IMG/VR virus record: IMGVR_UViG_3300035183_000733
Location: 1-64,000 of that record
Length of the DNA stretch: 64,000 nucleotides
Direction: 5' to 3' (one strand)
Positions 20,488 through 28,381 of this stretch are shown piece after piece. The notes beneath the pieces are model-generated. The model did no database searches, was not told where the DNA came from, and worked only from the letters and a program-made list of their open reading frames with translations. The stretch's first letter is position 1. Each line of letters starts with the position of its first letter. Made by a program: the position numbers and the translations under genes.

Positions 20488-20608
20488 CAAAAAGGGACCC
20501 GCAGGTCCCTTTCTCTTCGATATATAAATAAATTTAGAAATCTTCCTAAATGGAGCACCTGATGGAATTCGAATCCTTCAAGAAGTAAATCACAAAACAA
20601 CACAGACA

Positions 20609-20830
20609 ATGGAGAAACCTGTACTCTATTCACTGCCGTGCGGATCTTGCGGCACACTCGAATCGCTCAAGGTAACGGAACTCGGTCACGTAATGGCCAG
20701 GTTCAGGATAGAGGAGGACGGGCACTCCAGGTGGATAAATTACGGCGTCGCGATGGTCGACGACTTGCTTGCGACTAAGAAGATCTTCAACACAAAGAGC
20801 TGGAATAATGAGGAAGTTACAAGGGTTTGA
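20609..20830 (+). CDS. small hypothetical protein
   Basis: CxxC motif. Confidence 0.6.
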   Translation: MEKPVLYSLPCGSCGTLESLKVTELGHVMARFRIEEDGHSRWINYGVAMVDDLLATKKIFNTKSWNNEEVTRV

Positions 20831-21053
20831 TAAGTTCGGTATAAACGAGGACGATGACCAGGAGCTTTTGGCGAAGCTGAGTCTTCCCGTCGAGGACAGG
20901 ACAGACGAACTGACCGGTATTGCCGAGGAAGTATCCAAGCGCGTCGATTACGAGTCCGACCTCGCGAGGTACATCTGCTACAAGATGCTCGCTGATTGCA
21001 ACGACCACGAGCTGGCGCTTAAATTCCTGCGCCTGTGCAACGAAGTAAAATGA
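20808..21053 (+). CDS. small protein with targeting-like leader
   Basis: MRKLQGFDKFGINE. Confidence 0.55.
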   Translation: MRKLQGFDKFGINEDDDQELLAKLSLPVEDRTDELTGIAEEVSKRVDYESDLARYICYKMLADCNDHELALKFLRLCNEVK

Positions 21054-21544
21054 GACATGTTAAGACATATAAGGTTTTCGAAGCCGAGTACGACGTATTT
21101 GCGAACAAGGCTGGCGAGGATTTTTGGGGCGATACTGGGGCCGGAATACTACCCATTTGCAGAGCAACTGGGAGAGTACTGGTTACCTACCGCTCTAAAT
21201 ACGTTAACGAACCTCACTCGTGGGGCGTCGTCGGCGGTAAGCTCGACGACGGCGAGACGGATGTTAAGGATGCTGCGAAGCGGGAGCTCCAGGAGGAACT
21301 GGGGTACGAAGGAGAATTCGAGCTCGTGCCGGCGTATGTATTCAAGAGTCAGGGCGGCGGGTTCGAGTACCACAACTTCATCGGGGTGGTGGAAGAGGAG
21401 TTCGAACCGACGTTAGACTGGGAAACGGAGAAGGCGAAGTGGGTGACGCTCGACGAGCTGATGAAACTTAGGCCGAAGCACTTCGGACTTGAGACGCTGA
21501 TCAAGAACAGCGGTGATATAATTAGGAAGTATGCAATTAAATAG
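21050..21544 (+). CDS. NUDIX hydrolase with targeting-like leader
   Basis: GGKLDDGETDVKDAAKRELQEELG Nudix box; MRHVKTYKVFE. Confidence 0.9.
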   Translation: MRHVKTYKVFEAEYDVFANKAGEDFWGDTGAGILPICRATGRVLVTYRSKYVNEPHSWGVVGGKLDDGETDVKDAAKRELQEELGYEGEFELVPAYVFKSQGGGFEYHNFIGVVEEEFEPTLDWETEKAKWVTLDELMKLRPKHFGLETLIKNSGDIIRKYAIK

Positions 21545-22181
21545 TTTGCATGTCAATCCATCTTTCTTTAGACAGATCTAAACCGTGAGGTTCGAGTTCA
21601 AGTCTCACCTCGCTTATCAACTTTCTATATTCGTCCGCATAGAACCTATCATAAAATTCTATTCCAGAATTTTCCACAAGAGCAGCTTTGCGTAGATCGT
21701 TGTAGTTGAATTTGTAAAGATGTCTTTCGAGTTTGGCATTAGCTTTCACCCACGCTTGGAATGCGTCATTGTTCCTGACCATCCCATAAAATTTACCATC
21801 GCTTATAACATACGCGTTTATCAGATACCAGCCATCCTTTCTGAAGCTACTAAGTGAATATATGGATATGGATGTAGAGTTCTTTACATCGACATATTCT
21901 ATCAACATCGTGTTGCTGTTAACGAAACACAGGTCCCCATTTATGTGGTTGATATTTATAGAATCCATATTATTCTCATCAACGTCCGGAGTGAACCAAA
22001 CCCCTTTGTTGCCAATAGCCTGGCGTTTGAATGCCTCCATGGCGACCTTCTCCCCGTTCTTGCCATAAACTATACGGCCATTCTCCCCGTGCTTTTCCGA
22101 TAAATTGAACGTCCCTACGTAGAGACCGAGCCTTTCCAAAATATTCATATCAGTTTGAATTTTATTATTATATTTGTCCAA
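21537..22181 (-). CDS. AT-rich hypothetical protein
   Basis: 214-aa ORF, visibly lower GC than flanks. Confidence 0.65.
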   Translation of the reverse strand: MDKYNNKIQTDMNILERLGLYVGTFNLSEKHGENGRIVYGKNGEKVAMEAFKRQAIGNKGVWFTPDVDENNMDSININHINGDLCFVNSNTMLIEYVDVKNSTSISIYSLSSFRKDGWYLINAYVISDGKFYGMVRNNDAFQAWVKANAKLERHLYKFNYNDLRKAALVENSGIEFYDRFYADEYRKLISEVRLELEPHGLDLSKERWIDMQTI

Positions 22182-22195
22182 TCAATTAAGTTGCG

Positions 22196-22678
22196 ATGGA
22201 ACTATCACCACACACAGATAAGAAGATATACTGGGAGCATAAGCTCACCGAGCTCTTGAACAAGGACAACCAGGACGGCTCTACCGTACACTTCGAGTAC
22301 GAGCGGATAAACCAGATCGACAACATCTTCAAGCCGAAGCTCACACCGCGCCGCATGGTCCCGATGACCCATACATACGCGCTAAAGGTCAAGACATATA
22401 ACCCCAAGAAGGACGTAATGTTCCTGCTCGTGGAAACAACAGGCAAGAACGAGGGCACTTGCGCGGAGGACGCGTACCAGGAGCTCATACGCATGAGGAA
22501 CCAACAGGGGTACTCCAGCTACACGCTCGAGTGGGGCAAGAAGAACGCGACGAGCACCGGCATCCAGACGTCGTACTTCTTCGCGGCGAACGAGTTCGAG
22601 GTCCTCACCAAGTTCTACTCCGATATGGGGCCGGAGAACGTGGTGTTCTATTCATTGAAGATAAATCCAATAAGCTAA
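22196..22678 (+). CDS. hypothetical protein
   Basis: 160-aa ORF. Confidence 0.7.
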   Translation: MELSPHTDKKIYWEHKLTELLNKDNQDGSTVHFEYERINQIDNIFKPKLTPRRMVPMTHTYALKVKTYNPKKDVMFLLVETTGKNEGTCAEDAYQELIRMRNQQGYSSYTLEWGKKNATSTGIQTSYFFAANEFEVLTKFYSDMGPENVVFYSLKINPIS

Positions 22679-22679
22679 T

Positions 22680-23056
22680 ATGGGAGCAGACGCGCACGCA
22701 TACCTATACCTCGGCGTTAAGTTCGAGGAAGACGTTGATGTGCAGGAGTGCAGGAGTACGATCTCCACGATCCGAAGACCGGGCAGAAGACCGGGCAGGG
22801 CCAAGAGAAGACCAAGTTATTCGTGAACCTCCACACGAAGGAGAAATTTGTCGGCGCCGATAGGTACGACCTGCCGACCGAGAACCTCACGCACGGGTTG
22901 CAGCAGGAATCGGATGACTACATCATTGGGGTAACCGTCGTCAGGATAAGTGAGTCGAACGGTGGATATGAAGAGGTCGACCCCAAAGACCTCGAGAAGG
23001 CGAGAGCCGAGTTCGAGCAGAAAGTCCGCCCGTTCTGCGGGGGATCTCGTGCCTAA
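22680..23056 (+). CDS. hypothetical protein (frameshift near 5' end)
   Basis: ATG 22680 joins ORF 22748-23056. Confidence 0.5.
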
Positions 23057-23138
23057 ATTAGTGTTGAACCTTTACTGGAGTTACTGATGCTGTTAAAGGT
23101 AAGGTGCTAACGTGTGTTCCTGAAATATCAAAGAAAGG

Positions 23139-23375
23139 TTAGTTCAGCCGGTAGTTCTTCCCTTTATCATTGGGGTTTTGTGGTTTAAGCGGGGCCGTCT
23201 TCGATAGTCTTCTGCCGAATTCAGTCATAGACATAGGGACTAACCACATAACGCAGAAGCCAAACTTAACTGCGGTCAGATTCTTGCCTCTCTCTACGCC
23301 CAGTCCTCTCCAAGGACCGAAGTCGAATGCTATTGTGTACATGGCATGACCGGGTTTAATTTTCGGAGCGCCCAA
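23139..23375 (-). CDS. small hypothetical protein
   Basis: 78-aa ORF. Confidence 0.45.
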   Translation of the reverse strand: MGAPKIKPGHAMYTIAFDFGPWRGLGVERGKNLTAVKFGFCVMWLVPMSMTEFGRRLSKTAPLKPQNPNDKGKNYRLN

Positions 23376-23489
23376 ATCTCCTTATACTATATATCTGCAA
23401 TAAGCGCACCGAGTCGTGTTTATACACAGCCACTTAATAAGCAAAGCCGGCCATTTAAAAGATATATAAACAAAATAAAATGCTTAGCT

Positions 23490-23900
23490 ATGCTTTTACA
23501 AATTCTACCTTTGGCCGGACAAATCAGAGACACAGTCGCTACTGCTGCGTCGCAGGGTAGGGGTCTTGAGATAGAACACCTCAACATAGACATACCTGAG
23601 CTGCAGCCCCTTCACTGGATCCTGGCGTACACGGGCCTCGCTGTGCACTTACTGCTGAAGATGGCGGAAACGCCCGGCGGATTGCTCGATGGGTTCACGA
23701 AGAAGGACGTGCTGATAACTCTTGCGTCCATACTCGCCATACCGGCAATACTCATCGTCTGCACGGACACCAGCCTGCGCGAGCTGTTGCCCATCAACTA
23801 TGTTACGGCATTCCTTGCCGGATACCAGACGCAGTCGTTATTGAGGACGTTCGGTGCGATCGGCGGAAAGTACATGGACAAGGCGTCCAAACAGCCGTAA
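23490..23900 (+). CDS. small multi-pass membrane protein (holin-like topology)
   Basis: 3 hydrophobic helices; GATATATA at 23461; terminator after. Confidence 0.65.
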   Translation: MLLQILPLAGQIRDTVATAASQGRGLEIEHLNIDIPELQPLHWILAYTGLAVHLLLKMAETPGGLLDGFTKKDVLITLASILAIPAILIVCTDTSLRELLPINYVTAFLAGYQTQSLLRTFGAIGGKYMDKASKQP

Positions 23901-24105
23901 GCAACGGAAATAAATTGGGAAGCCCGCATCGCTGCGGGCTTTTTATTTGTATAATCGTAGTGTTACCACGTCGCGCTGATAGAAAGCGGCCTCGGAAATA
24001 AAACGAGAAAATTCTGCCATAGAGAAAAAATATTTCTAATTTTGTGAAACATTTTATACTCGGGCGAATATATAGGGTAAGTGAATGTTTGTTCATTGAT
24101 TTATT

Positions 24106-24241
24106 GGGGAAGTAGCCAAACGGTAAAGGCACAAGTCTGTTAAAACTTGCAACACGTACAAAACCATAACGTTACTCTACTTTCTATTGAAAGAACTAAA
24201 TGTTATTTCAGTATCTGGAGGTTCGAATCCTTCCTTCCCCA
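24106..24241 (+). ncRNA. Tyr-like tRNA scaffold with TTCAGTA module in the variable arm
   Basis: GGGGAAG/CTTCCCC acceptor, T arm, 8-nt anticodon loop CTGTTAAA, ~60-nt insert. Confidence 0.75.
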
Positions 24242-24368
24242 CTTTGTTAGTTCATTGATATTTTGAAATTTGATTGGTCGTAAGACGGACAGACAAACAC
24301 ACGCCGCTACGAAAGTAGAATGAATCCTCGGAAGCGTACCGGGCTGTCCCAAGACAGATCAGATAAAT

Positions 24369-24507
24369 GGGGGAGTAGCTAAGTAAGTTACACACCTAAC
24401 GCTACTCTACTCTGGCAACAGAGAACTATGGCGATAGTTCAGTACAAGGTAAAGCAATTGTTTTGGATAACAATCAACCGCTGGTTCAACTCCAGCCTCC
24501 CCCACCA
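24369..24507 (+). ncRNA. tRNA scaffold (Gln-like) with TTCAGTA module in the D loop, encoded CCA
   Basis: GGGGGAG/CTCCCCC-ACCA; insert between AGCTAAGT and GGTAAAGC; distorted anticodon loop. Confidence 0.75.
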
Positions 24508-24530
24508 CTTTAAAGTTCTTTTACAAAATA

Positions 24531-24725
24531 TTGGAAGTAACTCTTCCACAAGCAAAGAGAGAAACTTGGCGAGTTTTCAGTAAAATTAGCTCAACTGGAA
24601 GAGCGTTTGCCTACTAAGCAGAATGTTGCGGGTTCGACTTCCGTATTTTATACCTAACAATTCGCTTCCATATCTCTCCCACACTGCCGATTAAACGGCA
24701 CAGGAGACTAAGTGCACCTTCAGTA
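24531..24725 (+). ncRNA. Arg-like tRNA scaffold (anticodon ACT, 24580-24652) flanked by two TTCAGTA modules
   Basis: cloverleaf GTAAAAT/ATTTTAT; TTTGC-CT-ACT-AA-GCAGA; modules end at 24582 and 24725. Confidence 0.7.
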
Positions 24726-24798
24726 ACAATCTTCGGATGATACCACGGGACACTAAAAACTCCGAACCATTACCCTGGTCGAGCAATCGGTCGGGGTT

Positions 24799-25248
24799 TT
24801 GTTTTTAATGAATAAACCGATGACGATAGAACAAAGAATAACACCAGAAGACATCACCGCGGACTACGTGCTCGCGGGCTGCGGAGCCTTGTGCTTCCTG
24901 TTTGGGTCTAACAAGTCCGGCATACACGGAGGTGGCGCAGCCAACTTCGCGCACAAGGAACTTGGGGCTGAGTGGAGCGTGGCGTTCGGTCCTACCGGTT
25001 ACTGCTTCGCGTTGCCGACTAAGGACTTCAACGTCGTCGACACGCTGCCCGTATCGGAAATAAAGACGTACGTCGACGGGTTCATCGAGCATGCCAGGCT
25101 GACGCCAGGTGTCCGATACCTCGTCACGGAGATAGGCTGCGGGCTCGCCGGCTATGAGCCTAAAGACATTGCGCCGTTGTTCGAAGCCGCGGTGTCAGTG
25201 GACAACATAAGTTTACCACAGAGGTTCTGGGAAATTCTCGGGGGATAG
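24799..25248 (+). CDS. macro-domain-like phage protein (A1S_2505-like)
   Basis: FLFGSNKSGIHGGGAA...FALPTK...VTEIGCGLAG. Confidence 0.7.
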   Translation: MFLMNKPMTIEQRITPEDITADYVLAGCGALCFLFGSNKSGIHGGGAANFAHKELGAEWSVAFGPTGYCFALPTKDFNVVDTLPVSEIKTYVDGFIEHARLTPGVRYLVTEIGCGLAGYEPKDIAPLFEAAVSVDNISLPQRFWEILGG

Positions 25249-25352
25249 TATTCTACATTGTAGGAAATATGAAGCCGGGATTTTCGTCTCGGCTTTTTTT
25301 ATTTTTAGTAATTTCGTTACCTCAGATAAAGATAAAAGAAATAAACAATATC

Positions 25353-26984
25353 ATGAAAGACCTAATAGTATCGAACAAGCAGCTACCTACCATAAAGGAA
25401 GGTATCGTGAAAGGACTCGAAGTTGCAAGCGGCGCGAGATCGTCTGCCACTTACTATCACAAGAAGGGAGAGATGCAAGTCGCAGTTCGCAACTCAGTTA
25501 CGAACTTGTACCAGATAAGCAAGGAGCTCCCATTGTTGCTCGCCGTTCAACACGGGGCAACCGGGTTCTTCATTCAGGAGGCCATCATGAACGAGCTGAA
25601 GCAGACCGAAAAAGGAGGCGCGTGTAATATCGTCAACCCTTCGGACTGGTACGACGAGGGCTTTGGCCAGCACCTGTTGCTTCACGCGCTGTACAACCTC
25701 GATACTGAGGCGGGCATCACATACGTGCTCCGCATGTTCACGCAGTACCGCGATAACAAGATAAACAACGCTCGTGCGAGGAAACTTGCTCTACGTTTCA
25801 TCTGGGGACACCCGAACCTCGAGTTCATCTCCGTGAAATACCGCGGAAAGCTAAGGGAGATCTTGTCGCACGTTTACGGCAAGAAGGTCGCCTATGGAAT
25901 TCTCAAGGCGAGCAAGCGCTACGTCGAGGCCGGTATATTCGACAACGACAAGTCTCGTAAACTGTTGCAGAAGAATATGGCGAGGTTCACGGACAACCTC
26001 GAGCGCTCGGCAAGGATATACATGTTCATATTCGGAAGCGCGAGGAAGGATCACTTCGACGCGTCTTTCAAAATCATAACTCAGTTCTTCGGCGCGCGCC
26101 AAGACATCTTCGGCGCAACTTCGGTTCCCGAGGAGATTCTCGTCGGCATCATCGGCGACAAGTCTCACCCTCAGTACCGCGAGTTCTGGGGTTCCAAGGA
26201 GAAGCGTCAGGACACGCTCAAGCGTATCCGCGAGCGCAACGTTGTCACCACGGCCAACCAGCAGGTTCGTCAGACCAAGAAGAACCAGGAGCTCGGCGTG
26301 ACTAAAGAGGTCGACCTGAAGAAGGTCACGGATTTCCTCGCGTTGTACAAGACCGGATACGAGACGGGATTCGTTCCCGCGCTCAACGAGGCCATTGAGG
26401 ACCTTGCAGGCAAGCGCAGATTGGTCGGATTCGCGTACCAGAACATCGGTATTGTCCTCGACAGGAGCGCGTCCATGACAGGACACAAGCAGGAGTCCAA
26501 GAACACACCACGCGCCATCGCCGAATTCACGGCGCTCGTTCTGCGCAAGTCGGTTAACACTGCCGACGTTGCCATGACCGCTGCCGGTGACAACTCGGAC
26601 ATCGCGTCCGCGTTCCTTGAGTTGGTGGATTCGGATAAGAACTACGAGGCGATATTCATCATCTCGGACGGATACGAGAACAGCTATGACGGATTGCTCA
26701 ACGAGGTGATCAAGGCCTGGAGGGACATGACCGAATCGGCAACGCCGATCTACCACATCTCCCCTGTTGTCGGGGCGGAACTCAATGCCAAAGTTCGCTC
26801 TATGGGCAACCAAATCTCCACCATCGCGGTCAACAGGCCGGAGGCGCTCAACGCTCAGATAAGCGCGAAGCTACTCGAGCAGGACACTAAGCGCTGGCTG
26901 GAGAACCAGTTCCGCATGCTGTCCGAGCAGGTGTCTAAGAGGGCATCTAAATTAAACGCAAACAAAGAAACAGAAACAAGATAA
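25353..26984 (+). CDS. helical N-terminus + C-terminal VWA protein (TROVE/Ro60-like architecture)
   Basis: VLDRSASM MIDAS, IISDGYEN; large alpha-helical N-terminal region. Confidence 0.6.
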   Translation: MKDLIVSNKQLPTIKEGIVKGLEVASGARSSATYYHKKGEMQVAVRNSVTNLYQISKELPLLLAVQHGATGFFIQEAIMNELKQTEKGGACNIVNPSDWYDEGFGQHLLLHALYNLDTEAGITYVLRMFTQYRDNKINNARARKLALRFIWGHPNLEFISVKYRGKLREILSHVYGKKVAYGILKASKRYVEAGIFDNDKSRKLLQKNMARFTDNLERSARIYMFIFGSARKDHFDASFKIITQFFGARQDIFGATSVPEEILVGIIGDKSHPQYREFWGSKEKRQDTLKRIRERNVVTTANQQVRQTKKNQELGVTKEVDLKKVTDFLALYKTGYETGFVPALNEAIEDLAGKRRLVGFAYQNIGIVLDRSASMTGHKQESKNTPRAIAEFTALVLRKSVNTADVAMTAAGDNSDIASAFLELVDSDKNYEAIFIISDGYENSYDGLLNEVIKAWRDMTESATPIYHISPVVGAELNAKVRSMGNQISTIAVNRPEALNAQISAKLLEQDTKRWLENQFRMLSEQVSKRASKLNANKETETR

Positions 26985-26987
26985 GTC

Positions 26988-28076
26988 ATGGTAAATTTCA
27001 AAGACCTACTAAAGGGATGCAGGCTGCACAAAGATGCGGACGGCAACATAATCGTTCAGTCAATCCTGAACATGCAGCTGGTTTGTCTGACCACCGACAG
27101 TGAGTTCAGCCACAACAAGTTCGCTAACCCTATGGACGTGCTTGGTTCTAACCAAAGATACGGGCACCTCAACCTTACCAACCCCGAGAACAAGGACATG
27201 ATAGTCCCTGCTCAGATAGCCGTTCTCACCAAGCAGAGCGCGCAGAACCACGGGATGGTGAAGGCCGCGTACATCCCGTCGAAGTCGAGATCCGACTTCT
27301 ACGACGCTGGGTGTGTGCAGGGATCGCAGCCCGGTTACATCCGCGCTAACAAGAACGACCAGGAGATCCGTTTCCTTCCGTTTGGTGTGCGCGAGTACAT
27401 CTGGAACAAGGTGAACAAGACCGGTAGCCACGATAACATCTACGCAGCCATCGACAAGGTTGGTCGCGATACTGGAGCTAACTCCGGAACGTATATCGAC
27501 CAGTACTTCAAGAAGTTCGATAAGGAGATAAACGAGTTCATCGCGCACTTCGAGCGCCCGAAGAACACCATCGGCACCATCGTGCTCATCGACGGTGAGA
27601 TAATCGCCATCGACAAGTTCCCGAGCTTCGAGTACTGCGAGCAGGTGTGGGACGCGCTGATACGCGACTGCTACGGTGCCATTGCCATTACGCAGGAAAG
27701 GCAGGGCAAGAAGGCCCAGTCACTGTTCACCGAGAACATGTCTAAGCAGAAGCGCAAGGCAAACGAATCGCCGGCAGCGTACCTGAAGAGGATCATGACT
27801 TCCACCAAGAAGTCTATCGAGGACAACGTGCGCGCTAAGCTTGAGGAAATTCTCGAGCTCAGCTTCAGCGAGAGGCAGGACACCGACCTCAATGGCCAGA
27901 ACGGGTACACATCTAAGATCCTCACCGCGGAGGGCTACATAGGACAGAAGATTTCCGAGTCCAACTACCACCACCTGGTGTCTGTTGTGCGCAAGGAGTC
28001 GTTCGACCCGGAGCGTTTCCGCAAGGCAAACGAGATGCGCTCGAAAGCGAGCAAGCAGAGGGGATTCGAGATTTAA
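26988..28076 (+). CDS. ARPP-1/DUF6569-like protein
   Basis: L.N...AQNH...GCVQG; IGTIVLIDGEIIAIDKF...WDALIRDCY. Confidence 0.6.
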   Translation: MVNFKDLLKGCRLHKDADGNIIVQSILNMQLVCLTTDSEFSHNKFANPMDVLGSNQRYGHLNLTNPENKDMIVPAQIAVLTKQSAQNHGMVKAAYIPSKSRSDFYDAGCVQGSQPGYIRANKNDQEIRFLPFGVREYIWNKVNKTGSHDNIYAAIDKVGRDTGANSGTYIDQYFKKFDKEINEFIAHFERPKNTIGTIVLIDGEIIAIDKFPSFEYCEQVWDALIRDCYGAIAITQERQGKKAQSLFTENMSKQKRKANESPAAYLKRIMTSTKKSIEDNVRAKLEEILELSFSERQDTDLNGQNGYTSKILTAEGYIGQKISESNYHHLVSVVRKESFDPERFRKANEMRSKASKQRGFEI

Positions 28077-28317
28077 GAATAGGGTTGTAAGTCCGCACAC
28101 CCACCAGGTAGTCTCGCGGAGTAGCTTGAGTTCCAACTGCGGAACGTGAGGCGGATGGAGCCTGGTAGTACACAAGAAGGTAACCGTGATAAAGGCGCGT
28201 GGCCGATACACCAGTCACGCATCGTGGAACAAAAGCGGTGAAGATATTGTTAGGACATCGGAACCGGAAAAACCGCCGGTCTAACTGAACCATCATGTAG
28301 TGCGGAGAAGGTATTGG

Positions 28318-28347
28318 AGGCGACAGGAAACTGTCGCCTTCTTCATT
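28318..28347 (+). terminator. intrinsic terminator
   Basis: GGAGGCGACAG-GAAA-CTGTCGCCTT then T-rich. Confidence 0.65.
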
Positions 28348-28381
28348 TACAAAATACTCATTTTTCACTTATCTTCGGTAC

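Noticed and set aside
24320-24365. HDV-like/theta ribozyme (TCCTCGG...GG-P4)
   Set aside because: No P3 pairing around the loop and no catalytic C-R-A junction found.
24150-24450. Group I/II introns in tRNAs
   Set aside because: The inserts are only about 60 nt and lie in the variable or D loop rather than the anticodon loop; no catalytic core.
24580-24652. Functional tRNA-Ser(ACT)
   Set aside because: It has a class I Arg-like scaffold without the Ser variable arm, an A34 anticodon and an ACCT end; treated as a mimic.
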